This document shows, one piece after another, positions 19,620 through 30,311 of a stretch of 64,000 nt of DNA (its first letter is position 1; every line of letters begins with the position of its first letter). Position numbers and translations under genes: made by a program. Location of the stretch: the NCBI GenBank assembly GCA_016191105.1, contig JACPPH010000002.1, positions 141,931-205,930 on the forward strand. The letters are read 5' to 3'. The DNA is from Candidatus Saccharimonadota bacterium (lineage in GTDB: Bacteria > Patescibacteriota > Saccharimonadia > CAILAD01 > BJGX01). The notes under the pieces are model-generated. The model was not told where the DNA came from. It made no database searches and worked only from the letters and a program-made list of their open reading frames with translations.

Positions 19620-20498
19620 TTATTGATACTTTTCTAAGACTGCTTGTAGCTTCTTGTCTAAGGAGCTATTATTTGTTTTAGTAACTTGGCGCAGCAAAAA
19701 TGCAGCTGTTAGACTGCGCTCTAAAAAGTCATGTTGCCAAAGCCTGGAATCAGCCAACAAACAGCTTAAGATTGCAACCACCATAGTCTCTACTTCAAGC
19801 TTGTTAGTAGTTTTGAAATTTGTCACCCCAAACCTACCAGACTGGGCTGGGTTGCAGCTAATGACTTGGCTGGTTTCGTAGCAGACAACTGGCCAGCTCA
19901 ACGAGTCAGCCAGAAGTCTTATTACGCTCAGCTTGTTGTTAATACCAGCTCCGGCTTTTAGACTTACAGCTAGATTAGCCATATTGGCAAGTCTAATTAG
20001 GCTCTTAGTGTCAAGAACAAATACGCCCTTGTGGTTTTTCAATAATCCGGGCGAGGTCTTTACTATTGGCAAAAGACTATTGGTAGCCAATATTGGTGTT
20101 TGTGTAGAGCTAATAACCTTCTCAACTAGGATTTGGTACTTGCTGCTTATTTCTAGCTCAAGTCCCATTATTACAAATGCTGAATCATTAACAATCTCCA
20201 TAACTTGCTCGGTGTTGGCAAAATGAAGCTCGTTTTTGATATCCGGCTTTAGAAACACGTCGGCCGGAACATCGCGAGTGCGCAGGGCATGAGCAGCGAT
20301 AAGCCGGCTATGATGATTCATGATGTTTATAAGCTGGTAGGCATCGTGAATTTGTTTGAGCTTGGCATGGCGGCCGGCCAAGAGTGTAATGTTGCGCGCC
20401 CTCAATCTATTAATAGGTCGTTCAAATAAGATGTTTCTAAACAACAACTCATCTTGTTGGCGCACGATGTTTACTGGGGTTGGAGCGCTATCTAGCAT
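19620..20498 (-). CDS. Hypothetical protein (weak resemblance to ribokinase-like/YjeF-C folds, not established)
   Basis: 292-aa ORF with backbone-like composition. No firm motif. Confidence 0.45.
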   Translation of the reverse strand: MLDSAPTPVNIVRQQDELLFRNILFERPINRLRARNITLLAGRHAKLKQIHDAYQLINIMNHHSRLIAAHALRTRDVPADVFLKPDIKNELHFANTEQVMEIVNDSAFVIMGLELEISSKYQILVEKVISSTQTPILATNSLLPIVKTSPGLLKNHKGVFVLDTKSLIRLANMANLAVSLKAGAGINNKLSVIRLLADSLSWPVVCYETSQVISCNPAQSGRFGVTNFKTTNKLEVETMVVAILSCLLADSRLWQHDFLERSLTAAFLLRQVTKTNNSSLDKKLQAVLEKYQ

Positions 20499-20887
20499 TC
20501 GGAGTATAGTCGGGCTAGGCTGGCCGGTAGATAATCGGCTATAAGCTGGGAGTGGTCACGACTCGATAGTATCTTCAAGGTTTTGAAGTAAGCTTTTAGG
20601 CTATTCTTTAGTTCATTTTCATCGGTCAAGCCCGACTGGATCATGGCCGAGCGTACAAAGCGGTCTATCTCGAATTCACCCTGTATATCACTAAGCTTGT
20701 GGCCAAATAGTCGTCTTTTTGGCCACAAATAATGCGGCATGGCGGCAAAAACCTGTTGGCGGCTACGCTCATTAAGATTCATGTATAGCGAGTTGGTGAT
20801 AGCCACGGCAATGTTTTTGGCCTCGATCTCATTGGTCAAGTTGGCGTACTGCTTTATTAGGGCCAAGAAATAGTCTGGTGCTTGCAT
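20492..20887 (-). CDS. Hypothetical protein (possibly DUF2267-like helical protein)
   Basis: 131-aa ORF overlapping the downstream gene by 7 nt. Confidence 0.45.
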   Translation of the reverse strand: MQAPDYFLALIKQYANLTNEIEAKNIAVAITNSLYMNLNERSRQQVFAAMPHYLWPKRRLFGHKLSDIQGEFEIDRFVRSAMIQSGLTDENELKNSLKAYFKTLKILSSRDHSQLIADYLPASLARLYSEC

Positions 20888-20946
20888 GTTTTATCCTAAA
20901 TATTTTGGCCAATCATACCACGCGCCAAAGTGTTTAGCTAGCTTAA

Positions 20947-21162
20947 CTATTTTTCGAAATTTTGCTTTAAGGTTGCAACTCGATTTTTGGCAGTTTGCAG
21001 ATAACTCTTTAATTCTTTTGCCAGTTCGGTGCCACGTTCAAACCTAGCAATGGCTCTTGCTAGGTCAACCTCACTGCTCTCTAGATAGTCGGTTATCTCC
21101 TCTAGCTCCTTCAGGCTATCACTAAAATTAAAGTTTGCCCCGGTGTCTTTTTTTGTGCTCAT
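20947..21162 (-). CDS. xseB: Exodeoxyribonuclease VII small subunit
   Basis: 71 aa. FSDSLKELEEITDYLESSEVDLARAIARFERGTELAKEL is the typical XseB helical pattern. Lies directly after xseA. Confidence 0.85.
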   Translation of the reverse strand: MSTKKDTGANFNFSDSLKELEEITDYLESSEVDLARAIARFERGTELAKELKSYLQTAKNRVATLKQNFEK

Positions 21163-22348
21163 CGTTTCTTCTTTCGCCCTTCAGCTGCTTGTTGGTTCGA
21201 CGCAGGCTCACCTTTCCTTGGTGCAATTGTAGCACAATTGTATCTGTAGCCGAAACTTGATCAGCAGAATGCACAACATGCGAGCCGACAGTAGCAATAC
21301 TGTAGCCACGAGCTAATATTGCTTTGGGATCTAAGCTTTGTAGCAACCTACATATTGAGGCTAGCTTGAATTCTTTCTCAGCCAAAATGTTTTCTAGTGC
21401 CGTCTGCAGCTTGTTAATTTTCTGTTCGACCGTTTGTGAAATTTCTATAAAATTATTTCTAAATGCGAGTTCAAATTTGTCTATGCCATAGAAGCACTGT
21501 TCGATTTTGCTAATAATCTGGTGCGACATAACATATACCGAATCAGTTAGAGTGTCTATTACAGCATTCTTGTCGGGCACTAACCGCCTAGCCGCATCAC
21601 TAGGTGTGGCAGCTCTTAAATCGGCAGCCAGCTCGGCCAAACTCACATCGTCTTCGTGGCCTATAGCAATTAGTGTAGGTACTTTGGATCCAAACACCGC
21701 CCTTACAACCGACTCTGTATTAAAAGCCTGGAGGTCCTCGGCGCTGCCACCACCGCGAATAATCACCAGTACATCAAACTTAGCCGAACGAGCACTAAAG
21801 TACTCAATCGCCCGGGCAATTTGATCCGGCGCCTCGGCGCCTTGCACTTGAACTTGGGCATGAATAACCTCTAACCCAGCCCAACGATCGTCTAAAATTG
21901 TCACAAAATCATTAAAAGCTGCAGCCTGTCTGGAGGTTATTAAGCCAATCCGTCTCGGATGGCTGGGCAATGCCCGCTTTCTCTCGATCGCAAACAAACC
22001 CTCGCGTGTAAATTCAGCCTTCAAAAGTTCAAAAGCCTTCTTTACGGCGCCCTCGCCAGATAATTCAAGTGATTTTACGGTTAAACTAAACTTTCCCCAT
22101 TTAGTTAATCTGGGTGCACACCTAATTTTAACTAGCATGCCGTCTTCTACCTTGGTTTTAAGCTGAAAGATTGGCATAAAACAACTAATGACCGAGTCGT
22201 CGTCTTTTAGATCAAAAAACACCCACTTCTTCTGACTAATTTTGAAGCTTGCAACCTCGCCCTCAATCATTATCTCAGGGTAAGCAAACTGCAAAGTCTG
22301 ATTAAGAATTGCATTAAATTCGCTAACTGTTAAAACCTCAGTCTCCAT
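21128..22348 (-). CDS. xseA: Exodeoxyribonuclease VII large subunit
   Basis: 406 aa. N-terminal OB-fold region (LTVSEFNAILNQTLQFAYPEIMIEGEVASFK) and a catalytic core with RGGGSAEDL. Confidence 0.9.
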   Translation of the reverse strand: METEVLTVSEFNAILNQTLQFAYPEIMIEGEVASFKISQKKWVFFDLKDDDSVISCFMPIFQLKTKVEDGMLVKIRCAPRLTKWGKFSLTVKSLELSGEGAVKKAFELLKAEFTREGLFAIERKRALPSHPRRIGLITSRQAAAFNDFVTILDDRWAGLEVIHAQVQVQGAEAPDQIARAIEYFSARSAKFDVLVIIRGGGSAEDLQAFNTESVVRAVFGSKVPTLIAIGHEDDVSLAELAADLRAATPSDAARRLVPDKNAVIDTLTDSVYVMSHQIISKIEQCFYGIDKFELAFRNNFIEISQTVEQKINKLQTALENILAEKEFKLASICRLLQSLDPKAILARGYSIATVGSHVVHSADQVSATDTIVLQLHQGKVSLRRTNKQLKGERRNDEHKKRHRGKL

Positions 22349-23336
22349 CTATCACCCCGTGCTTGTACAAATAAACTCCAGCCGGCACAAACAGCCACAG
22401 CGCAATGCTACGGTAGACAATTGTTACAGAAAGAGCTAAGTCAAAACTTACTCCTAAACCTACAAAAGTTGCAATCATGGTAGCCTCGAATAACCCTACC
22501 CCAGCGGTAATAATTGAAGCCAGCGATGCCGCCTGTGCCAGCGTATAGCCGGCAATAACAACACTTGGATTTATCCAGGTGCCAAAGGCCAAGAAAACAA
22601 CATAGACACTAGCAAAATCAAACAACAACATAAGTAAAATGTGCCAGAATGACGGTCCGAGCTTTTGCCAGTTATCCTGTATAAAAAATAAAGAATCGTG
22701 AAACTGATCAATAAACTCTGCGACCTTCTCATCGGTAATCTGTTGCTTGTGAGATTTGCGCAACAGCCAATTAACAGGCCTTAGAACAATCACAATAGCT
22801 TCAACCGTAAAATTCTTGTTGTAAATAAATATCAGCATGCCTATGCAGACCACCAGTAAGGCAAATAAAACTACCAGGGTAACCCTGGAGCTAACTCTAA
22901 TCACCCTGTTAGACAATAATAGCAACACAAAAGCCACGGCTAAACTTGCCACTAAGGCAATAAATAGCAGCACATAGTAAAAGAACTGAGCCAAGGTTAT
23001 GGTTGATGAGCTAACATCTTTACCAACCTGCTTTCGTAGGTAAGATAGGCCCGATATGCCGCCGCTGGGAAAAATAATGTTTACAAAGTTCATTGCAGTG
23101 ACCGCCCTAAACAAATGTTTAAAGTTTGTTTTTTGTTTAAATATGGCAAAAAATGAAGCAAAGAACTTACTGTTTTCCCGATAATAAAGAAACCGTAGTG
23201 GCAGGATTAGAATTAGTATGAAGATGTTTAATTTTTCGAGGGTTGAAATAAACTTCTGGATTTGACCGAACTGGCCTATTAAAAGCCCGGCCACAAGAAT
23301 TAAGCCTAAAAAAAATAGAAGCTGGCGCAATTTCAT
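22338..23336 (-). CDS. Polytopic membrane protein, flippase-like / lysylphosphatidylglycerol-synthase TM-region family (UPF0104-like)
   Basis: 332 aa with about 8 hydrophobic segments. The assignment is by overall pattern only. Confidence 0.5.
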   Translation of the reverse strand: MKLRQLLFFLGLILVAGLLIGQFGQIQKFISTLEKLNIFILILILPLRFLYYRENSKFFASFFAIFKQKTNFKHLFRAVTAMNFVNIIFPSGGISGLSYLRKQVGKDVSSSTITLAQFFYYVLLFIALVASLAVAFVLLLLSNRVIRVSSRVTLVVLFALLVVCIGMLIFIYNKNFTVEAIVIVLRPVNWLLRKSHKQQITDEKVAEFIDQFHDSLFFIQDNWQKLGPSFWHILLMLLFDFASVYVVFLAFGTWINPSVVIAGYTLAQAASLASIITAGVGLFEATMIATFVGLGVSFDLALSVTIVYRSIALWLFVPAGVYLYKHGVIDGD

Positions 23337-23391
23337 AACTATTATTGTACTCCAAACTCAGCAACCGCTAAAATTTGCTACAATTTAGTAG

Positions 23392-24558
23392 ATGAAGATA
23401 GCAATACTTGGTCGCGAGGCAAATTTGGCTCTAGCAGAGCTAGAGACCCGTGGAAAAGAGCTGGTTAAACACGGCACCTGGGCCTGTTCTTTTGAGCCCA
23501 GGAATTTGCCTGCTAGTGTCGATGACTTTGGCTCAATTGTAAAAATTGGCGAAATTTTAAGCGACAGACTGATGGCTACAGATTCAGAAAAGATTGCCGA
23601 AACCATTGCAGAAAGTTTGGTCAAGTTTGGCAAACGCAAAATAAGCTTTGGCCTAAGCATTTATGGGAGTTCCGCTTTTACCAGGCAAGTCGATCGTAGG
23701 CTAGCCTTTAATATCAAGAAAAGACTTCAGGTGGCTGTTGGTGTGCCAGTCCGCTATATCGCCGCTAAGTCTGGTTTTGAGCTCAATTCCGCCCAAGTTA
23801 CGCATAATAGCCTAATAAGTCGTGGTGGTGATTTTTTGTTAGTCCAAAGCGGCAAGCAGTTAGTTGTAGCCCGAACAATCTCGGTTCAAAACATTGAATC
23901 GTTTGCCCACCGGGACTACGGCCGACCGTGTCGCCCAGCTAAGGTCGGCATGCTGCCACCCAAACTAGCCAAAACCATGATCAATCTGGCAGATGCTGGG
24001 TCTGGCGTTGGCATTATTGATCCATTTTGCGGGAGCGGTACAGTTCTGCAAGAGGCGCTGTTAATGGGTTACGACACCTGCGGCAGTGACAACTCAGCTC
24101 AAATGATCAGCTGCAGCCAGAAGAATCTGGACTGGCTACAGCGAGAGTACAAAGTCGAAAATTTTTTTGAGGTTGGTCTTCAAGACGCAGCTAGATTCAA
24201 GCTTGGTAGCACAATCAAGAATTATGCCGTTGTTACCGAAGGCTATTTAGGCCAGCCCTTCTCGGCTGCACCCAGCACCGCTAGGCTAGCTACGCTACAA
24301 TCTGAGCTGATAAGACTTTACCTAGGATTCTTGAACAATCTTTTAAGCCAAACAAATTTGCCAAAATCGGCTGTTATGTGTTTGCCGTTCTGGCGAACTA
24401 ATAGCGGTTATAACGATCTAAAGGTTATTGACCAAATCGAAAAATTGGGGTATACTGTTAGGCAGTTTCAATCTGTTGATTCATCACAACTTCGATATCA
24501 GCGACCGAATCAAATAGTTGGGCGACAAGTACTAGTGCTAAAACCAAACCGAGGATAA
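23392..24558 (+). CDS. SAM-dependent RNA (guanine-N2 / UPF0020-type) methyltransferase
   Basis: 388 aa. Motif I IIDPFCGSGTVLQEA typical of the Trm14/RlmL-like family. Confidence 0.65.
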   Translation: MKIAILGREANLALAELETRGKELVKHGTWACSFEPRNLPASVDDFGSIVKIGEILSDRLMATDSEKIAETIAESLVKFGKRKISFGLSIYGSSAFTRQVDRRLAFNIKKRLQVAVGVPVRYIAAKSGFELNSAQVTHNSLISRGGDFLLVQSGKQLVVARTISVQNIESFAHRDYGRPCRPAKVGMLPPKLAKTMINLADAGSGVGIIDPFCGSGTVLQEALLMGYDTCGSDNSAQMISCSQKNLDWLQREYKVENFFEVGLQDAARFKLGSTIKNYAVVTEGYLGQPFSAAPSTARLATLQSELIRLYLGFLNNLLSQTNLPKSAVMCLPFWRTNSGYNDLKVIDQIEKLGYTVRQFQSVDSSQLRYQRPNQIVGRQVLVLKPNRG

Positions 24559-24561
24559 CTA

Positions 24562-24840
24562 ATGTCACATACAAAAGCCGGCGGCTCTACTAAGAACGGC
24601 CGGGACTCCCAAGGTCAAAGATTAGGTGTTAAGCGCTTCGGCAGCCAGATGGTACGCCCTGGTGATATTATTGTTCGCCAAAACGGCACTAAATGGTCAG
24701 CCGGTAATGGCGTTGGGGTTGGCAAAGACTACACGCTTTTTGCACTCACAGCCGGTAGTGTACAATTTAAAACCACCCGCCAAACTCGATTTAGCGGCAA
24801 CAGTCAGCGAAAGACCGTGGTTTCAATAGCTTCTAGCTGA
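24562..24840 (+). CDS. rpmA: 50S ribosomal protein L27
   Basis: 92 aa. [26 protein letters not shown]...[10 protein letters not shown]. Ends in TGA. Confidence 0.95.
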   Translation: MSHTKAGGSTKNGRDSQGQRLGVKRFGSQMVRPGDIIVRQNGTKWSAGNGVGVGKDYTLFALTAGSVQFKTTRQTRFSGNSQRKTVVSIASS

Positions 24841-26473
24841 GAACTCTCTTGTTTGACTTACAATTTGCAGTCGGCTTATAGCTGGCGTTTTTGATTGTGG
24901 CACCAATAAACTCTCGGAATAACGGATGTGGCCGATTTGGCCTCGACAAGAACTCCGGGTGAAATTGAGAGGCCACAAAAAATGGATGTTTATCTAGCTC
25001 AATCATCTCAACTAGACTATTGTCGGCCGACTTGGCAGCAAAAATTAAACCAGCGTCCGATAACTTCTTGGCATATTCATTGTTAAACTCATAGCGGTGT
25101 CTGTGGCGCTCGGTAATCTTTTTGACGCCATAAATTTGCTCTGTCCGGCTATCTGGCCTCACCTGAGCGGTATAGTTGCCCAGCCGCATGGTGCCGCCCA
25201 TATTTTTACCGCTCTGCCCGGGTAGAATATCAATTACCGGATACTGAGTATCTGGGTTAAACTCGGTTGAATGAGCACCCTCTAAGCCCGCGACATTGCG
25301 CGCAAATTCAATCACAGCCGCCTGCATGCCCAAACATAAACCTAAAAACGGTAGGTTATTCAGCCGCGCGTATTCAATAGCTTTTATCTTGCCTTCGACA
25401 CCACGTTTGCCAAATCCTCCTGGCACAACTATACCCTCAACCGTTTGTAGCGCACTCACATCGGCCTCAAGTTCTTCGGCATCTATCCAAACAATCTCAG
25501 TGTTTCGGCTGTGGTACCACCCGGCCGCATGTATAGCTTCGCAAACACTTTTGTAAGTGTCTTCGTTGCTTAGATACTTGGCCACCAAACCAATTCTGGC
25601 TATTTTCTTTGAGCGCAGTATGCTGTCGACCAGAGCACTCCAGTTCTCAAGCTCAGCGGCGCGTTGCACCAAGCCCAGCCTCTGGCAAACTACTTTACCA
25701 ATTCCCTGCTGCTCCATGCTAAGTGGCACCTGGTAAACAGTTTTTACAGTGGGCAGTGCCACGATTGCATTTGGATCGACGTCGCAATATAGACTAAGCT
25801 TTTCGTAGGCATCTTCGTTGAGAGGGTTGTCTGATCTAACGCAAAGCAAGTCAACCTGAATCCCAACCTCGCGTAGACCGCGCACACTATTTTGAGCCGG
25901 TTTGGTCTTCATCTCCTTGCTGGTTCCAAGGTACGGTACAAAAACCACATGAGCATACATAACATTTTCTGCACCAACCTTTTGTCGTAATTGTCGGACA
26001 GCTTCTACCAATGCCAAGCCTTCGTAATCACCAACCGTGCCGCCGATCTCAGTTATTTGAACGTCGAAGCCATGACTAGCTTCTAAAATATGTCGCTGAA
26101 TCTCACCGGTTACGTGTGGGATTATCTGAACGGTTTTACCCAGATATTTGCCGGCTCGCTCATCGTCTAAAATCTGGCGCAGTATCCGACCCGTCATGAC
26201 CGAAGAACTCTGGTCGAGCTCGCGATCAATAAAGCGCTCGTAGTGACCAAGATCTAGATCTGTTTCGGCGCCGTCGGCCGTTACATAAACCTCACCGTGC
26301 TCGGCTGGATTCAAAGTACCAGCATCGAAATTTAGATACTGATCGAGTTTTTGGATATTTACAGAGAATCCTCGTGCTGTGAGGATCTTGCCAAGGCTAG
26401 CAGCTGTAATGCCTTTGCCCAAACCTGACATGACACCACCGGTTACAAAAATGTATTTTGTTTGCTTACTCAA
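24833..26473 (-). CDS. pyrG: CTP synthase
   Basis: [17 protein letters not shown]-terminus and a GATase domain (GLCLGMQ, HRHRYE). The ORF is open up to 26530, but a TTG at 26473 preceded by AGGGGTGA gives the canonical N-terminus. Confidence 0.93.
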   Translation of the reverse strand: MSKQTKYIFVTGGVMSGLGKGITAASLGKILTARGFSVNIQKLDQYLNFDAGTLNPAEHGEVYVTADGAETDLDLGHYERFIDRELDQSSSVMTGRILRQILDDERAGKYLGKTVQIIPHVTGEIQRHILEASHGFDVQITEIGGTVGDYEGLALVEAVRQLRQKVGAENVMYAHVVFVPYLGTSKEMKTKPAQNSVRGLREVGIQVDLLCVRSDNPLNEDAYEKLSLYCDVDPNAIVALPTVKTVYQVPLSMEQQGIGKVVCQRLGLVQRAAELENWSALVDSILRSKKIARIGLVAKYLSNEDTYKSVCEAIHAAGWYHSRNTEIVWIDAEELEADVSALQTVEGIVVPGGFGKRGVEGKIKAIEYARLNNLPFLGLCLGMQAAVIEFARNVAGLEGAHSTEFNPDTQYPVIDILPGQSGKNMGGTMRLGNYTAQVRPDSRTEQIYGVKKITERHRHRYEFNNEYAKKLSDAGLIFAAKSADNSLVEMIELDKHPFFVASQFHPEFLSRPNRPHPLFREFIGATIKNASYKPTANCKSNKRVLS

Positions 26474-26754
26474 AGCCAACTCACCCCTTTCAATATTTCT
26501 ATCATACCGCTTATGTCGAGGGTTGTGCAATAGAGTTGAGCTGACACTAAACTAAAATTTCTTATACCATGATGGCATGCATTTCTAAGCTCGGCAAAGA
26601 GCTATCTGAGCAAAAGGACTGGACCGAGTCGCGGAAAAAAGCAGTTGAAGCCCACCAGACACCGAGGGAGAGATTTACTCCGATACAATTCCACTAAACC
26701 GAGATCACCTCACATCTGCAGCTCGCCTGTCCTTTGTGGGACGGGCGTTTCGCG

Positions 26755-28005
26755 TTACTGGACTTTTGCTCCAGCAACCTCTAGGGCTTTTTGAAGCTGA
26801 GGATCGCGGCCAGCATTATAGTCATCTTGAGTAAGTTTAACCTCAACATTTGGCGTTATGCCTTCTTTGCTAATATTAATGCCGTTTGGCGTAAACCAAT
26901 TGGCCACCGTTACCTTTAGGGCGTCGGTACTACAATTTTCACTGCTCGTACTAGCCAGACTAAAGCCACCCAGGCAAATTACCTCCTGAACGCTACCTTT
27001 TCCAAAGGTCTTCTCACCAACCAGCGTAGCTCGCTGGTTGTCACTCAGGGCACCAGCAGTTATTTCCGAAGCGCTGGCACTGCCGCCATTTACTAGTACC
27101 ACTATCGGAATTGTGGTCATATTACCACCAGGCAATGCTTTGAATTTTTTGGACGACTCGCGAATCGAGCGTTCCTCTACTACAGTACCGTTGGCCATGA
27201 ATTGTGAACTAACCTTAACTGCACCATCCAAATATCCACCCGGGTTGTCACGCAGATCGATTACCGCTGCCCTTACGCCCTGCTGCATAAGTGCTTGGGT
27301 GGCATTCTCTAGGCTTTGAACTGTATTGGCGCCAAACTCCCGAATCTTAATATAGCCTATATTGCCGGCTTTAACCTCAGTCGTAACGCTTGGTACGGTG
27401 ATCTGCTCGCGAGTTAGGGTGATTTCATTGGGCTGTTGTCCGGGCCGCACAATTATGAGCTTTACCTGTGTACCTGCCTGACCACGGATCATTTTTACAG
27501 CCTGCTCAGTCGTAAGTGCGCTAGAATCCTTACCATCGATGGCAGCAATCAGATCGCCAGCTCTTATACCGGCCCTAGCAGCCGGTGTGCCATCAACTGG
27601 CGCAATCACGGTTAACCTGTTGTTTTTAATACCTACCTCAATGCCTACGCCGCTCAATGTTCCTTTAAGCTGGTCGTTTAAATCCTTATTCTGCTCGGCT
27701 GTTAGATATGTCGTATACGGGTCCCCCAGCGCCGCCACCATACCGGCTACCGCTCCTTGAGCTTGCTTTTTAGCATCAATACTGCCATCGAACTTTTGAC
27801 GCAAAATGTCATTTACCTGCCAAAACTGAGTTAGGTTTATCTGGTTTTGACCGGTCAAAACCCAGGGGTAAAGCCCTAGTCTGGTCGGAACTATCGATAC
27901 ACCCAAGCCCAACCCAAAAGCGACCAGTCCTACTAATATAAGTCTAGCTACTGGGCGCCGGCTAGCTGGCCTTGCACTATTAGCCATGTTTGGTTGGGTA
28001 TCCAC
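26755..28005 (-). CDS. ctpA: S41 carboxyl-terminal processing protease with PDZ domain
   Basis: 416 aa. N-terminal TM, PDZ segment, DLRDNPGGYL and VLVNGGSASASEI motifs. Confidence 0.85.
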   Translation of the reverse strand: MDTQPNMANSARPASRRPVARLILVGLVAFGLGLGVSIVPTRLGLYPWVLTGQNQINLTQFWQVNDILRQKFDGSIDAKKQAQGAVAGMVAALGDPYTTYLTAEQNKDLNDQLKGTLSGVGIEVGIKNNRLTVIAPVDGTPAARAGIRAGDLIAAIDGKDSSALTTEQAVKMIRGQAGTQVKLIIVRPGQQPNEITLTREQITVPSVTTEVKAGNIGYIKIREFGANTVQSLENATQALMQQGVRAAVIDLRDNPGGYLDGAVKVSSQFMANGTVVEERSIRESSKKFKALPGGNMTTIPIVVLVNGGSASASEITAGALSDNQRATLVGEKTFGKGSVQEVICLGGFSLASTSSENCSTDALKVTVANWFTPNGINISKEGITPNVEVKLTQDDYNAGRDPQLQKALEVAGAKVQ

Positions 28006-28014
28006 AAAATCAAC

Positions 28015-29172
28015 CTAATTAAAACTGGCCAGGTGGGCATACAAAGTTACATAGCCATTATCTTGCCTAATTTGCACCATATTGCCATAACCACCGTTAA
28101 ATCCCGCACCATATGGATCCCAGCCTCTAAAAATTATATCGCCATCGGCTGGAGCGCGGATTGGGGTGCCAAAACTGTTAGCAATGTCAAGGCCGCTATG
28201 AAAATTACAACCATACTGAGAATTCCATGGTTCAAAAGGAAATGGGCTGCAGCCATAGTTCTGGGTGATGGTGCCCGAGGTGGCGCTAGTATACGAAAAC
28301 CCTGAACCGTTAGGGTTAATATAATTACCGCTGGGGTTAATAACCGAAAAGTGAAGATGCGAGCCAGTTGAATTGCCCGAACTGCCCATATAAGCAATAA
28401 TCTGTCCAGCTCGAACCCGACCCTGGCTAACATAGTTTCCTCTAGCTGCCGCGGCCGCCTGGCTAGCAATTTGCTGATTAACCTGCTCGCGCTTCTTGGC
28501 TAGATCACTTACGTTTTGACGGAACTTAGCCTCATCGCCCTGGGTTTGAGCTAGTAGGGTAGCTTTTTGCGACCGCTGCTGAGCTATACTCTGAACCTGA
28601 GCCGTTTGTTGGCTAGACAGTGCCACCAACTCCTGTTTCTTGTCATCAAGAAGTTTTTTCAACTGCATAATCTCTTTAAGATTACTGTTCACCTTGTCTT
28701 TAATGGCCGAGAGATACTGCTGTTGAGCCACAAAACTACTCAAGTCCTTACTAGATGCAATCACCTCCAATAGGCTAATTTCGCGCTGGCGGTAAGCCAG
28801 CTTCAAATTGTCTTTAAGGATTGACTGCTGGCGAGCTAGTCTGGCCATAGCCTGATCCAAGTCCTCCTGGGTTTTACTAATCTGCAGATTAGTAAGGTTT
28901 AAGCTAGCTTGAGCCGAGTTTATGTTGCCATCTAAACTCGCAATTGTCCCCTGTAAGGTATTAGCTTCGCCACGCTTGGCATTGGCAGCATCTTGATTTT
29001 GTTTGATTTGATTATTAAGAGCATTAATCTTATCTTGAAGCGTTTCGGCTCGAACCCGACCCGCACCAATAGTCCATAGACCATACAAAGAGCCGCTAAT
29101 CGCTAGTCCAAACATTACAAACACTAGCAATTTTTTGGTTTTAGTTGACTTATAAATATCTTCTATCGACAT
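28015..29172 (-). CDS. M23 peptidase with N-terminal coiled coil (EnvC/PcsB-like murein hydrolase factor)
   Basis: Coiled-coil region followed by GSSGNSTGSHLHFSV and a YGNMV..H.. M23 core. Lies directly after ftsEX. The ORF is open to 29277; ATG at 29172 (MSIEDIYK.. then a TM) is the likelier start. Confidence 0.8.
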   Translation of the reverse strand: MSIEDIYKSTKTKKLLVFVMFGLAISGSLYGLWTIGAGRVRAETLQDKINALNNQIKQNQDAANAKRGEANTLQGTIASLDGNINSAQASLNLTNLQISKTQEDLDQAMARLARQQSILKDNLKLAYRQREISLLEVIASSKDLSSFVAQQQYLSAIKDKVNSNLKEIMQLKKLLDDKKQELVALSSQQTAQVQSIAQQRSQKATLLAQTQGDEAKFRQNVSDLAKKREQVNQQIASQAAAAARGNYVSQGRVRAGQIIAYMGSSGNSTGSHLHFSVINPSGNYINPNGSGFSYTSATSGTITQNYGCSPFPFEPWNSQYGCNFHSGLDIANSFGTPIRAPADGDIIFRGWDPYGAGFNGGYGNMVQIRQDNGYVTLYAHLASFN

Positions 29173-29396
29173 AATAGGCGCTGATAGCTGGGGGTACGCC
29201 ATTGGCTTAGCACAACCGCATTTACAAAATCCTGTGCAGACAACAACACGGCTGGCCGCTGAACGGCCGGCTGCCAAAACATTTGTTTTATACTATTCAG
29301 CTATATCACCCTCCTTGGAATGATGTTATCAGTTTAATAAAAAAACCTGCTGGTTGCAAGTCGGTTTAGCCAAAAAGTTTATAAATAGAGTAGTTT

Positions 29397-30311
29397 TTAT
29401 AGCTTAAGGTGGCGAGCAATTGCCAACAAGCTCGAAACAGCCCCAATTACGACACCAGTCAAAACCAAGCCCAGCACAACCAATATAATATGCGACTGAA
29501 AATACTGCAGGGTAGAGCCAGCGTTAAGTCTATCCGCTAAGAATGGTCCAACCGAGCGAGCAAATGGCACCAATAGCAGCAAGGCAATAAAAGCCCCAAA
29601 GGCTCCGTACATTGAGCCCTCCACCAAGAAAGGACCGCGTATAAACCATTTAGTGGCCCCTACTAACTTCATAATTTCGATCTCTTCACGGCGTGTAAAA
29701 ATAGCCATGCGTATGGTATTAAAGATTACCAGTAGGGCTACCACCAAAAAAATCATACTCAAGACTAAGCCAATGCGTGATACAGCATTGCTAATTTTAA
29801 TCACATTTTCAATCACCCCTTTGCGGTTGTTATCACGGTTATCGTAGCTAGTATCTGAAATCACTTTATTATCATCGAGCGCGCGGATCTTGCCGTTGGT
29901 ATCACCAATCTGGTCTAAACTTTTAAGCTTAACTTGAAAACTAGCTGGCAAGGGGTTCCCGATCTCAGTGGCCGATTTGGCCAGCTGGCCACCTTCGGAG
30001 CTGCTGCTGGCTAGTTGGTTTAGAGCGTCGGCCTTACTAACAAAAGTTACCGACTGAACGTTGTCCACTGTCAGCATTCTACTTTGGAGATCTTTTATAT
30101 TATCGGCTGGGGCTTCGTCGCTTAAGAAAATAGTCAAATCGATTTTATTTCTTACTTCAGCCAGTTGGGTACGCACAAACATAGTTGAGAACACAAAAAA
30201 TGTCATTATTAGAAGAGTGATCACCATGATAGCGGTGGCCGCCGTACTGAGCCAGGCATTGCGAAAAGTGTTGCGAAAACCACTCTTGAATATGCGCCAA
30301 AAAGTAATCAC
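29397..30311 (-). CDS. ftsX: Cell-division ABC transporter permease FtsX
   Basis: 304 aa, four TM segments with a large first extracytoplasmic loop. 4-nt overlap with ftsE. Confidence 0.85.
   Translation of the reverse strand: MITFWRIFKSGFRNTFRNAWLSTAATAIMVITLLIMTFFVFSTMFVRTQLAEVRNKIDLTIFLSDEAPADNIKDLQSRMLTVDNVQSVTFVSKADALNQLASSSSEGGQLAKSATEIGNPLPASFQVKLKSLDQIGDTNGKIRALDDNKVISDTSYDNRDNNRKGVIENVIKISNAVSRIGLVLSMIFLVVALLVIFNTIRMAIFTRREEIEIMKLVGATKWFIRGPFLVEGSMYGAFGAFIALLLLVPFARSVGPFLADRLNAGSTLQYFQSHIILVVLGLVLTGVVIGAVSSLLAIARHLKL

Noticed and set aside
26474-26530. N-terminal extensions offered by the ORF track for pyrG (to 26530), the M23 peptidase (to 29277), mreB (to 54375), the 496-aa island protein (to 35387) and the 233-aa island protein (to 62367).
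   Set aside because: In each case an internal start codon with a proper SD reproduces the canonical or most sensible N-terminus, and the extensions lack an SD. These remain start-site judgements, not certainties.
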